A DNA stretch of 64,000 nucleotides, from contig DBRG01000023.1 in assembly GCA_002305545.1 (NCBI GenBank), positions 132,994 to 196,993 on the forward strand, read 5' to 3'. The notes beneath the pieces are model-generated. The model searched no databases. It was not told the origin of the DNA and worked only from the letters and a program-made list of their open reading frames with translations. Positions 49,438 through 58,688 of the stretch are shown piece by piece (the first letter of the stretch is position 1; each line of letters starts with the position of its first letter). The DNA is from Bacteroidales bacterium UBA1374 (GTDB taxonomy: Bacteria; Bacteroidota; Bacteroidia; Bacteroidales; UBA932). Both the position numbers and the translations under genes were made by a program.

Positions 49438-51187
49438 TAACCAACAGATCGGACAGGTCCTTTGTCACCATCATCAGTTCGTCTTTGGGGATCTCAGGAA
49501 CGTCGCAAACGATGAAACCGTCCAGTGAGTCATTGAATTCTTTGTCAATGTTGAACAATACGACTTTGGAGTTCAGCTTCAGGTACCGTTTGACAAGGGA
49601 TGGAAGACGGTATTGCCGGTTACTCATGCGCATGAGCAGGCGGTCCAGTTGTTCCGGTGTCTGGATGTCGCGCAGCAGGACATCGGGGTTTACAAGCCCG
49701 AAATCCGGGGTAAAAGGGGTCCTGGAATGGATGCAGTCATGGTACTCCATTGTGCTGTGGTGTTCCATGATGTATTTGCATATGAGCGATTGATACAGCT
49801 TGGGATACCAGGAAGAAATACTCACCGGCCCTATGAAATAGCGATATTCTTCGTTGCGAAGCATGATGTGGAACAAACCCTTGAAAAGCAGCATCATGGG
49901 AATTGTCTCATAACGGTATTCCTGGCTTATGAATGCCCTTCCAAGCTCAAGGCTCTGCCACAGGACCGGTTCAAAACCCGGCTCAAATTTAAAGAGGGTG
50001 TTGTTGTAAAAACCCATGACGCCAAACCGCCTCATCAACTCGGCACCCATCCCTATCCGGTAAGCTCCCACAATCATTTTTTTCTCTGCGTCCCAGAGGA
50101 TAAGGTGGTGGTAATTCCTGTCGAAGGTGTCCAAATCCAGGGGCTGGTATGTCCCCTCCCCGACGGTACGGAATGATTCTTCCCTTTTGCGCCCTATCTC
50201 GTACATGAGATTCGGGATCAGGGAATAGGGGGCAAAATAGGCAGCAAAGTTATTGATCCTGAACAGACAATTACGGGAGGGCAGCTGTTCAATTTCCCTG
50301 ACGGCAAGTTCATGTTGTTTTGGAGGGGCAATGGGGGCGGCGTGTTCAGGTTCCTTATGCTTGTCTTTATTCTCGATATTGGCAGCCAGGGCATACGTGC
50401 GGGCACGCAGGTAGTCTCCCAGCTCTTTGTAATCTGTGTAACTTTGTTGTTCTGCCACACTGATGGGCGCTCCCACGCGTACAGAAAGACGACTTCCTTT
50501 TTTGTTCAGCACTTCCGCCGGAAGGCTGGCTGTCTGCAGCATTGGATGGAGCTTAGCCCTTCGCAGGAAACGTGCCGAATTATGTCCTTCAAAATAAATG
50601 GGGACCACGGGAACACCTGAGTTCATGATAAACTTGACAATTGCGGTGTGCCAGGGAAGGTCTTCCACCTGCCCGGATGGCCCGATGTGAGACACTTCAC
50701 CAGCAGGGAAAAGCCCCAGGGGATATCCTTTCTGAAGGGATTCTTTGGCCAGGCGGATCCCTGCAATACTGGAACGCGAAGACACTTTTTTATCAAAAGC
50801 ATTGACAGGTAAAAAGAAATTTTGCAACGGTTTGATGCGCGACAGTAAAAAATTCACGATCACTTTCAAATCGGGCCTTTCCTCCGACACAAGATGCATC
50901 AGGATGATCCCGTCCAGGGCGCCGTAGGCATGGTTGGACACGGTTATGAAAGGGCCCTCTTTGGGAAGGTTTGCCAGGTCTGAGGATGGAGTATCATAGG
51001 TGATGCGCATCTCGGCGAGAAAAGCCTCGAGACATTCACGGCCCTCAAAGTCTGCCACCTTATCATAAAGTTTGTTGATTTTATCGAGCTTCATCAGCTT
51101 CATCAGAGCCGGCGCCAGGAAAAAACCCACAACCGATTTTTCTCCGAAGACCTTCCGCAGATCTTTTGTTTCTATCAGTTTTTTCAT
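49403..51187 (-). CDS. Bifunctional acyltransferase: PlsC-like lysolipid O-acyltransferase (N-terminal) + GNAT-like N-acyltransferase (C-terminal); OlsF/aminolipid-synthase-like
   Basis: The N-terminal acyltransferase motif is VSNHAYGALDG, with FPAGEVS. The C-terminal OlsB/hemolysin-type GNAT pattern is HLILWDAEKKMIVGAYRIG. ATG 51187 is supported by a TATATTTG box 11 nt upstream. Confidence 0.7.
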   Translation of the reverse strand: MKKLIETKDLRKVFGEKSVVGFFLAPALMKLMKLDKINKLYDKVADFEGRECLEAFLAEMRITYDTPSSDLANLPKEGPFITVSNHAYGALDGIILMHLVSEERPDLKVIVNFLLSRIKPLQNFFLPVNAFDKKVSSRSSIAGIRLAKESLQKGYPLGLFPAGEVSHIGPSGQVEDLPWHTAIVKFIMNSGVPVVPIYFEGHNSARFLRRAKLHPMLQTASLPAEVLNKKGSRLSVRVGAPISVAEQQSYTDYKELGDYLRARTYALAANIENKDKHKEPEHAAPIAPPKQHELAVREIEQLPSRNCLFRINNFAAYFAPYSLIPNLMYEIGRKREESFRTVGEGTYQPLDLDTFDRNYHHLILWDAEKKMIVGAYRIGMGAELMRRFGVMGFYNNTLFKFEPGFEPVLWQSLELGRAFISQEYRYETIPMMLLFKGLFHIMLRNEEYRYFIGPVSISSWYPKLYQSLICKYIMEHHSTMEYHDCIHSRTPFTPDFGLVNPDVLLRDIQTPEQLDRLLMRMSNRQYRLPSLVKRYLKLNSKVVLFNIDKEFNDSLDGFIVCDVPEIPKDELMMVTKDLSDLLVIEKRFGNPGTR

Positions 51188-51198
51188 AAATGGATTAA

Positions 51199-51206
51199 CA
51201 AATATA
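51199..51206 (-). promoter_or_regulatory. -7 promoter element TATATTTG for the OlsF-like gene
   Basis: Exact TAnnTTTG on the minus strand, 11 nt upstream of ATG 51187. Confidence 0.4.
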
Positions 51207-51223
51207 TGTATTTTTACAATGAA

Positions 51224-53041
51224 ATGATTCACGTGTCTGACCAATTGGCGCTTTTGCCGCATCAATGCGGAGTGTACAGATTCCTTAACGCGGAAGGGAA
51301 AGTGATTTATGTGGGAAAGGCTAAAGATTTGAAAAAACGAGTATCCCAGTATTTTGCCAGGGGGAAAAATCTTTCGGCAAAGACAAAACGAATGGTCAGC
51401 CAGATTCAGTCACTGGAATATACCGTGGTCGAAACCGAGAGCGATGCCCTGCTGCTGGAAAACAACCTGATCAAGACCATACAGCCCCGTTACAACATTC
51501 TGCTCAAGGACGACAAGACCTTTCCCTGGATATGTGTGAAAAACGAACCATTTCCCCGCGTGTTTCAGACAAGAAGGATTGTGCGTGACGGTTCGCATTA
51601 TTTTGGTCCATACACCAGCGGTTATTATTGCAAGCAACTCCTTCAACTCCTCCACAACCTGTACCCGTTGCGCACCTGTACCCTGGTCCTGACACCTCAT
51701 GCCGTGGCGGCCGGCCGTTACCGCAAGTGCCTCCAGGCGCACATAGGCCGTTGCAAGGCTCCCTGTACGGGAGACGAGACCAGGGAACAATACGAAGGGT
51801 ATATAGGCGCTGTCTTCAGCATTCTTAAAGGAGACGTGACATCTGTGCGAAAAGTGCTTGAAAATCAAATGAAGACAGCTGCGAGCGTGCTCAATTTCGA
51901 GCAAGCGCAGAAATTGAAGGAACAATGGGAAATACTTACCCGTTACCAGTCGAAATCGGTCATAGTGAATCCCCGCATATCCAACCTGGATGTTTTCAGT
52001 ATTACCATAGATGCCGGATCATCAATGGCTTTCGGCAATTTTCTGCGGGTTACAGAAGGAGCCGTTGTGCAGTCACTGAATGTGAAATACAAATTGCACA
52101 TAGAAGAAGAACCGGCTGCGGTATTGAGTTTGTTTATGGCAGAAATGAGGGAAAAACTGGAAAAATTGTCACCCGAGGTGGTGGTGCCGTTTCTCCCCGA
52201 GGCCGTTCCCGGGGACAGCAGGGTCCATGTTCCCGTCAAGGGGGATAAGCAGACACTGGTAGCGCTGAGCATGCGCAATGCCACCAACTACCGGAACGAA
52301 CAGGTGCGCATGATGGAAATGCGTGACAGGGGTAACCGCCAGGAGCAAAAAACCCGGAAAATACTTACCACCTTACGGGACGACCTGCGCATGAAGGAAT
52401 ACCCTGTTCACATTGAATGTTTTGACAATTCAAACCTGCAGGGCACCCATCCGGTAGCAGCCTGTGTGGTATTCCGTGACGGAGTCCCGAGTAAAAAAGA
52501 CTATCGTCACTTTTCCATCAAAAGCGTGGAAGGTCCTGATGATTTTGCCTCTATGAAGGAAGTGGTAACGCGCCGGTACAGCCGTCTTCTGGCAGAGAAC
52601 AGCCCTTTGCCGCAACTCATTGTAATAGACGGGGGTAAAGGACAGTTGTCGGCGGCTTATGCTGCACTGCAAAGCCTGGGGCTGGAGGAGAGCATAACGG
52701 CTGCGGGCCTGGCTAAACGAATGGAGGAGATCTACCTGGCCACAGATAAAACACCATTATTCCTTGACAAGAATTCTTCTTCCCTGCGTTTGCTCATGCA
52801 GCTGCGCGACGAAGCGCACCGTTTTGGAATCACGTTTCACAGGAAAAAAAGAAGTGCCGGTTTTACACGATCAGCCCTGCTGGATATACCGGGAATCGGA
52901 CCCCGGACCCTGGAAAAACTCCTGCATCATTTTGGAAGTCTTAAACAAATTTCCCTGTCATCCCAGGAAGAGCTGGCAAAGGTTGTTTCCACTGCCCTGG
53001 CGCTTAAGATAACAGAGTGGAGCCGAGGAAGGCAATCCTGA
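51224..53041 (+). CDS. uvrC: Excinuclease ABC subunit C
   Basis: The GIY-YIG N-terminus is GVYRFLNAEGKVIYVGKAKDLKKRVSQYF. A UvrBC-interaction region, an RNase H-like domain and a C-terminal HhH (IPGIGPRTLEKLLHHFGS) follow. The start could be 51206 or 51224. Confidence 0.93.
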   Translation: MIHVSDQLALLPHQCGVYRFLNAEGKVIYVGKAKDLKKRVSQYFARGKNLSAKTKRMVSQIQSLEYTVVETESDALLLENNLIKTIQPRYNILLKDDKTFPWICVKNEPFPRVFQTRRIVRDGSHYFGPYTSGYYCKQLLQLLHNLYPLRTCTLVLTPHAVAAGRYRKCLQAHIGRCKAPCTGDETREQYEGYIGAVFSILKGDVTSVRKVLENQMKTAASVLNFEQAQKLKEQWEILTRYQSKSVIVNPRISNLDVFSITIDAGSSMAFGNFLRVTEGAVVQSLNVKYKLHIEEEPAAVLSLFMAEMREKLEKLSPEVVVPFLPEAVPGDSRVHVPVKGDKQTLVALSMRNATNYRNEQVRMMEMRDRGNRQEQKTRKILTTLRDDLRMKEYPVHIECFDNSNLQGTHPVAACVVFRDGVPSKKDYRHFSIKSVEGPDDFASMKEVVTRRYSRLLAENSPLPQLIVIDGGKGQLSAAYAALQSLGLEESITAAGLAKRMEEIYLATDKTPLFLDKNSSSLRLLMQLRDEAHRFGITFHRKKRSAGFTRSALLDIPGIGPRTLEKLLHHFGSLKQISLSSQEELAKVVSTALALKITEWSRGRQS

Positions 53042-53048
53042 TATGAGC

Positions 53049-53124
53049 CGGTCGCTGACACCACAAGATTAGGGAAGCCTCGGCCTAAAGAAAAAGCTTC
53101 CCGTTCTTGTGGTGTCAGCGACCG
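53049..53124. repeat. 76-nt near-perfect palindrome between convergent uvrC and yidD
   Basis: A 20-bp perfect stem pairs cggtcgctgacaccacaaga (53049-53068) with tcttgtggtgtcagcgaccg (53105-53124). An inner 7-bp stem pairs gggaagc with gcttccc. The 17-nt loop is ctcggcctaaagaaaaa. No U-tract lies on either side. Confidence 0.75.
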
Positions 53125-53204
53125 CACAGAGGAAGCAAACAGAAGGCAAGGCCGCAGTAGAGGTAGCAAATAGAAGACTGAAGACAGAAAACAGAAAACA
53201 GGAC

Positions 53205-53495
53205 TCAGGGGACAGGATCATAACCGCTTCCGCCCCAGGGATTGCAGCGGAGGAACCGCCAGACTGCCAGACACAAACCTTTAACGGGACCGTGCCTGCG
53301 CAAGGCTTCCAGCGCATATTGGGAACAAGTGGGGGTAAACCGGCAGGAGGGCGGGGTAAAGGGAGATATGCACAACTGGTAGCATTTAACCAGCAGGATC
53401 AGGGGAAAGGTCAAAACCTTTTTCAGACAGTTTAGCAAAATGCCCGAGTAAAGACTGCATTTTTGTTTCCAGCCAGGAGAAAGGTTTGACTTCAT
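53205..53495 (-). CDS. yidD: Membrane protein insertion efficiency factor YidD
   Basis: The conserved core is [35 protein letters not shown]...[17 protein letters not shown]. The start is uncertain: ATG 53495 or TTG 53438. Confidence 0.8.
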   Translation of the reverse strand: MKSNLSPGWKQKCSLYSGILLNCLKKVLTFPLILLVKCYQLCISPFTPPSCRFTPTCSQYALEALRRHGPVKGLCLAVWRFLRCNPWGGSGYDPVP

Positions 53496-53817
53496 GGGGT
53501 AAATATAGACATAAAAAAATAAGCCTTGTACCGCTTGCTTCAAGGGCAGGTCTGAGCAACAAGGGGTAGTTCATCCGGAAAGACTCTCTGAGGCGCCTTT
53601 TTACAAGATTTCTTTTTACGGCTGATTTCAGGTGCTTCTTTGGTACAGCAAAGGCAATGCTGCACCCGCCAGGAGTTTCCCGTGCATCACAGGCTCTGAA
53701 GAAAACGCGGAAAGGGCCTGTTGTAAAAGAACAGTCACCGGAGAAAAGGGATTCGATCTCTTTCCGGGAGGATAGTCGCATTTCTTTGGGGAAAGCGTAT
53801 GAAAACTCCGGTTTCAT
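53386..53817 (-). CDS. rnpA: Ribonuclease P protein component
   Basis: The pattern is [17 protein letters not shown]...[29 protein letters not shown] 53817 forms an ATGA overlap with the upstream gene. Confidence 0.88.
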   Translation of the reverse strand: MKPEFSYAFPKEMRLSSRKEIESLFSGDCSFTTGPFRVFFRACDARETPGGCSIAFAVPKKHLKSAVKRNLVKRRLRESFRMNYPLLLRPALEASGTRLIFLCLYLPHEVKPFSWLETKMQSLLGHFAKLSEKGFDLSPDPAG

Positions 53818-54212
53818 AACGGAATTTTTCTGTATTCCAGGATACTTCCCGTATCCAGGGTATCGCTGTTCATTTCCCGTAATTCCACCACCGCACGCAT
53901 CAGGGAATCTTTCATGACCTGGATGCGCCATTCCTGGTAAAGGTTTTGATATTTTTCAAAATAGGTAGTCAATACATTGCTGTAAAACTGGTATTGCCCG
54001 TCATAGGCAATGCCTTCCCGCGTGAGGGACACAGAGGTGCTGGTTTTGAAATAGAGTTGTTCACCTGCAGCGGGAGCAGCACCGTCAACAGAAACAAGCT
54101 CCCATTTGCCATAAGCCAGTTCCCTGTAATGGTTGAAATTTTTCTGGCAGGATGTGGTGAACAGCGCCAGAAAAAAAACAATGCACAGACAGGTTGTGCG
54201 TTTCATGATCAT
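53814..54212 (-). CDS. Small lipoprotein, lipocalin-like
   Basis: The lipobox is LFTTSC. The motif GKWELVSVDG is typical of lipocalin-like small lipoproteins. Function is unknown. Confidence 0.55.
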   Translation of the reverse strand: MIMKRTTCLCIVFFLALFTTSCQKNFNHYRELAYGKWELVSVDGAAPAAGEQLYFKTSTSVSLTREGIAYDGQYQFYSNVLTTYFEKYQNLYQEWRIQVMKDSLMRAVVELREMNSDTLDTGSILEYRKIPL

Positions 54213-54949
54213 TTATTCTTTTCCAGGTAGCGCATCAGGGCCTGGGCAACAGAGGGAGCTTCCGGCGTGGGGGCTTCAAAACAGGACTGCAGGTTGGCTT
54301 CCTTGAGGGCATAGGCGGTAGCGGCTCCAAAGGTGCCGAATAAAAGGCCGTTTTGTCTGAATTCCGGAAAATTTTCCAACAGAGACCGTACATCCGCAGG
54401 AGAATAAAAAACCAGCATCTGGTATTTCTTCAGTTCCAGGAAAGACAGGTCCTCCATCAGGGTATGGGTAAGTATGGCTTTGGTGTATTTGAGCCCTGCC
54501 TTTTCAAAAGCCTGCGGGAATTCCGGATTATAACAGTCTGCCAGGGTTAGAAGAAAAGTTTCATTCTTGTGTTTGGGCACAATAGCATCAATCAGGGAAG
54601 GGATGTTCCCTTTCCCGAAAAAGACCTTCCTTTTCCTGTAAACGATGTACTTCTGAAGGTAGAAAGCCACGGCTTCCGTCATGCAGAAATACTTCAGGGT
54701 CTCCGGAATGGTGACACGCATTTCTTCACAAAGGTGGAAAAAGGAATCAATGGCAGAACGGGTGGTGAAAACAACAGCGGTATGGTCTGCTAAGGCAATG
54801 CGCTGTAACCTGAAATCTTTGGCAGAAAGGCCTTCAACACGGATAAAAGGAACGAAATCAATATTCAGATTGAATTTATCTTTGATTTCTACATAGGGGG
54901 AACCTCCGTTCGGTGTTGGTTGTGAGATTAGTATGTTTTTGATTTTCAT
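54209..54949 (-). CDS. Uroporphyrinogen-III synthase (HemD)-like protein
   Basis: The N-terminus is ILISQP...FVPFIRVEG. It has a two-lobe HEM4-like layout and a length of 246 aa. The family call is from pattern memory. Confidence 0.65.
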   Translation of the reverse strand: MKIKNILISQPTPNGGSPYVEIKDKFNLNIDFVPFIRVEGLSAKDFRLQRIALADHTAVVFTTRSAIDSFFHLCEEMRVTIPETLKYFCMTEAVAFYLQKYIVYRKRKVFFGKGNIPSLIDAIVPKHKNETFLLTLADCYNPEFPQAFEKAGLKYTKAILTHTLMEDLSFLELKKYQMLVFYSPADVRSLLENFPEFRQNGLLFGTFGAATAYALKEANLQSCFEAPTPEAPSVAQALMRYLEKNK

Positions 54950-54951
54950 AT

Positions 54952-55581
54952 TTATATCCCCGCTACTATTTGAATTATTACCCCTAAGGGTACCAGTTCA
55001 AGTGTGCAAAGATACAAAATCCAGAAAAAAAGAGAAAAACCTGCCGAAAGAAAAATCCTTGCGCACCGGTAGATATAGAAGACATAACCAGCTATTGCCA
55101 CTACCCCTGCCGCAATGATCACACCATTACCGGAAGGATTTCCCAGGATTGAAAAGAGAAGCAGAAAAGGAATGAACACAAAGCCCGTCAGGACACAGAA
55201 GTCCTGGGCGGTGCGGTTCAGGAAGTTGGTGAATGCGGGGGAATCAATGGTCCAGCCAATAATTTTCAAAAGAATTGTTCTGGCAAGGAACAGGGTAATA
55301 AAAACGGCCAGCACGCACAGGCAGACCATGGATTTTGACATTCCCAGCATGAATAATGGAAGCGGGGAAAGCAGGTTGTCGTGAAAGGCAATAAAGAAAG
55401 AGACCAGGGCAAGAATGAAGAGAAAAAGAAAAAACCTTGAAAAACGGAGATTGCCCTGCTCTTCATTTTCTGTTGAAATATTATAGCGCAAACAGCCTGT
55501 TAACAACAGGGTAAGAGGAGCCCTGGCATAAAACAGGATAAAACAGAAACAAACTATTAATCCAAGGATGATATAATCCAT
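54952..55581 (-). CDS. DUF4271-like polytopic membrane protein
   Basis: It has about 6 TM helices and is found next to the HemD-like gene, as in many Bacteroidota. ATG 55581 is preferred over GTG 55584. Confidence 0.55.
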   Translation of the reverse strand: MDYIILGLIVCFCFILFYARAPLTLLLTGCLRYNISTENEEQGNLRFSRFFLFLFILALVSFFIAFHDNLLSPLPLFMLGMSKSMVCLCVLAVFITLFLARTILLKIIGWTIDSPAFTNFLNRTAQDFCVLTGFVFIPFLLLFSILGNPSGNGVIIAAGVVAIAGYVFYIYRCARIFLSAGFSLFFWILYLCTLELVPLGVIIQIVAGI

Positions 55582-55622
55582 CACTTTAAAGCAATTCTAA
55601 AGGTAAAGGTAAAAAAAAACCC

Positions 55623-55630
55623 TACATTTG
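55623..55630 (+). promoter_or_regulatory. -7 promoter element TACATTTG for the DUF2723 gene
   Basis: Exact TAnnTTTG, only 4 nt from ATG 55635. Confidence 0.45.
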
Positions 55631-55634
55631 TTGA

Positions 55635-58600
55635 ATGGAAACACGGACATTCAAAAAGACAGACCTCCTGATTGGCTGGGTCGTCTTTGCCATTTCCGCA
55701 GCAGTGTACCTGGCAACCATAGAACCTACAGCCAGCTTCTGGGATTGCGGCGAATTCATAGCATCTTCCTATAAACTGGAAATTGGGCATCCTCCGGGGA
55801 ACCCTACGTACCAGCTGGCCGGCAGGCTTTTTTCCCTGTTTGGCAGCGACTCCAGAGCGGCCATGCTCATCAATTCCATGAGTGCACTGGCCTCGGCCTT
55901 TTGTGTCCTTTTTCTCTTCTGGACCATATCCCATCTTGGAAGGCGACTGCTGGAAACACAGAAAATTTCCCTGAACTGGGGAAATTCCATTGCCATATGG
56001 GGAGCCGCGGCCGCGGGATCACTGGTGTATTCTTTTTCAGATACGGCATGGTTTTCAGCCGTTGAAGCCGAGGTTTACGGCATGTCCTCGCTCTTTACGG
56101 CAGCAGTTTTCTGGGCCATGCTGAAATGGGAAGAGAATGCAGACAAGCCGCATGCCAACCGATGGATTGTACTGATCGCTTACCTGATGGGTCTTTCCAT
56201 TGGGGTACACCTGTTGAATTTATTGACCATTCCGGCACTTGTCTTTATCTATTACTACAAGAAATACACGTTTTCCTGGAAAGGAGCCGTGGTTACCCTT
56301 CTGCTCTCTGTGGTGATCATTGCCGTTGTACTTTATGGAATCATACCCTGGGTGCCAAAAATATCGGGATGGTTTGACCTGTTATTTGTCAATGTATTCA
56401 AATTGCCTTACAACACCGGGATGCTGTTTTTTGTAGTTGCCCTTACAGGTGCCCTGTTCTGGGGTATTTTCTCTACACATAGAAAAGGCAAGGTGCTTTG
56501 GAATACCATATTATTGTGTCTGGCAGTGATCATCACAGGCTATTCTTCCTTTGCCATGGTGGTGATACGGTCCAGCGCAAAAACGCCTACCAATGAAAAC
56601 CAGCCCGACAATCCTTTCTCTCTGGGGAAATACCTGGCCCGTGAACAATACGGCGCTGCACCCTTGTTTTATGACGGGATTTACAATTCGGACTACGAAA
56701 CATGGAAAGATACCCGCCAGTATATTAAAAAGGACGGGCGCTATGCCCGGGTAAAGGGACCGGAAATGCCCCTGTACAAGGACACCGACAAGATGTTCTT
56801 TCCCCGCATGTGGAGCAAGCGGGAAAGTCATGCGGCCTTCTATGATTCATACAATTCGGGTAAAGGAACAGTTAATTCTAACGGCAAGCGCATGCCCACC
56901 TTTGGGGACAACCTGCGCTTCTTCTTTGATTACCAGGTCAACTATATGTACTGGCGCTATTTCATGTGGAATTTTGCCGGTCGTCAGAACGACATACAGG
57001 GAACCATTCCGGGTGATCCCATCCGCGGGAACTGGGAAAGCGGGATAGGATTCCTGGACAAAGCCCGCCTGGGGGACCAAACGGGTGCCCCTGACATGCT
57101 CAAGAACAACAAAGGCAAGAACCACTATTATCTGTTGCCCCTGTTGTTGGGTATCGCCGGCCTAATCTACCAGTCATCAAAAGACCGCCGCAATGCCTGG
57201 ATCACTTTCCTTTTATTTTTCATGACGGGACTGGCCATTCTGGTTTACCTGAACCAGCCTCCTTACCAGCCCAGGGAACGGGACTATGCCTATGCCGGCT
57301 CATTTTATGCCTTTTCCATATGGGTGGGTCTGGGGGTTATGGCCCTTTTTAACCTGCTGCAAAAGAAACTTCCCCAAACCGTAGCCGGCTCTCTGGCCGC
57401 AGCACTCTGCCTTTTTGTCCCATTCCAGATGCTGGCGCAAAACTGGGATGATCACGACAGGAGCGGTCGCTATACCGCACCTGCCTTTGCCTTTAATTTC
57501 CTGAACACCTGCGAGAAGGATTGTAATGCAATCCTGATCACGCACGGGGATAACGACACTTTCCCCCTGTGGTATGCACAGGAGGTGGAAGGCATCAGGA
57601 CCGATGTACGCATTATGAACACGTCACTGCTTGGCACAGACTGGTATATAGACCAGATGCAATGGAGGACCTATGAGTCGGCACCGGTAAAATTTTCCAT
57701 TCCCCGTGAATCATACCTGTACGGAACCAATGAGATCATACCCGTGAATGAACGGGTAACGGACCGCGTTCCTGCCATACAGGCGGTAGGGGTCATGGCG
57801 AATCCCCGTGCCAAGTTGCAACTCATGGACGGGACCAAGCTCAATTACCTGCCTGCGCGTAAGCTGCGGATTCCGGTGAACAAAGAAAATGCCCTGGCCA
57901 GTGGGATCGTGCCTGCAAAAGATGCCCACCTGATCCCTGAATACATGGACCTGGACATCCCGGAAAATAAAAACACCCTGTTGAAAGTGGAAATGATGTT
58001 CCTGGACCTTCTGGCCAACTATCAATGGGACAGGCCAATATACATTGTTTCAAAAGGCGGCGACCTGAACATAGGGATACAGGATTACCTGCGATACGAC
58101 GGAATGGCTTATAAATTAATGCCTTACAAGGTAGACACCCTCTCTACCCAGGTGCCCTACATGGATACCGACAAATTATATCCGTTACTGATGGACGTTT
58201 ACCAATGGGGAAGGATGGATGAACCGGATGTATTGCTGGATTACCATGTCACTTATCTGTACCTGGTTCAGCAGGCCGTAAGGCAGATGTACTCCCAGGT
58301 TGCCAAGGCCATGATCCTGGAAGGAAAGGACGACAAGGCAGAAGCCTTGCTGGACAAGGGCATAGCGGTCATGAAGCAGTACCCGTTAAATTGGGTGGTG
58401 CAACCGTCCATGAATGAGGTGGGTGTGATGGAAGCTATAGAACTGTATTTCTTCCTGGGAAGGCCGGAAAAAGCCAAAGCGCTGGCAATTCCCTTCCTGG
58501 ATGAAACCTTTAAAGCCATAGAATATTTCATGGGCACGTACAGGGGAGGACTCTTGTCCGCTACAGATGCCGAGTCGGCCATCAGTACGTATGTTCATAT

Positions 58601-58688
58601 GAATGACATCCTGGAGGTCAACCAGGAAAAAGAACTTGCCGGAACATACACCCAACAACTGGAAGAATTGTTCAAGAAATATCAATAA
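55635..58688 (+). CDS. DUF2723 (TMEM260-like, GT-C fold glycosyltransferase-like) large membrane protein
   Basis: The N-terminal signature is YLATIEPTASFWDCGEFIASSYKLEIGHPPGNP. Many TM helices are followed by a large C-terminal soluble domain. Length is 1017 aa. Confidence 0.75.
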   Translation: METRTFKKTDLLIGWVVFAISAAVYLATIEPTASFWDCGEFIASSYKLEIGHPPGNPTYQLAGRLFSLFGSDSRAAMLINSMSALASAFCVLFLFWTISHLGRRLLETQKISLNWGNSIAIWGAAAAGSLVYSFSDTAWFSAVEAEVYGMSSLFTAAVFWAMLKWEENADKPHANRWIVLIAYLMGLSIGVHLLNLLTIPALVFIYYYKKYTFSWKGAVVTLLLSVVIIAVVLYGIIPWVPKISGWFDLLFVNVFKLPYNTGMLFFVVALTGALFWGIFSTHRKGKVLWNTILLCLAVIITGYSSFAMVVIRSSAKTPTNENQPDNPFSLGKYLAREQYGAAPLFYDGIYNSDYETWKDTRQYIKKDGRYARVKGPEMPLYKDTDKMFFPRMWSKRESHAAFYDSYNSGKGTVNSNGKRMPTFGDNLRFFFDYQVNYMYWRYFMWNFAGRQNDIQGTIPGDPIRGNWESGIGFLDKARLGDQTGAPDMLKNNKGKNHYYLLPLLLGIAGLIYQSSKDRRNAWITFLLFFMTGLAILVYLNQPPYQPRERDYAYAGSFYAFSIWVGLGVMALFNLLQKKLPQTVAGSLAAALCLFVPFQMLAQNWDDHDRSGRYTAPAFAFNFLNTCEKDCNAILITHGDNDTFPLWYAQEVEGIRTDVRIMNTSLLGTDWYIDQMQWRTYESAPVKFSIPRESYLYGTNEIIPVNERVTDRVPAIQAVGVMANPRAKLQLMDGTKLNYLPARKLRIPVNKENALASGIVPAKDAHLIPEYMDLDIPENKNTLLKVEMMFLDLLANYQWDRPIYIVSKGGDLNIGIQDYLRYDGMAYKLMPYKVDTLSTQVPYMDTDKLYPLLMDVYQWGRMDEPDVLLDYHVTYLYLVQQAVRQMYSQVAKAMILEGKDDKAEALLDKGIAVMKQYPLNWVVQPSMNEVGVMEAIELYFFLGRPEKAKALAIPFLDETFKAIEYFMGTYRGGLLSATDAESAISTYVHMNDILEVNQEKELAGTYTQQLEELFKKYQ

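Noticed and set aside
53125-53165. Possible SRP (4.5S) RNA, because of GAGGAAGCA...AAGGCAAGG resembling the GGAAGCAGCCAAGGCAG helix-8 motif
   Set aside because: The 5' partner strand and a GNRA tetraloop are missing. The adjacent sequence GACC-GCAC-AGAGG cannot form helix 8. The resemblance is limited to purine-rich words.
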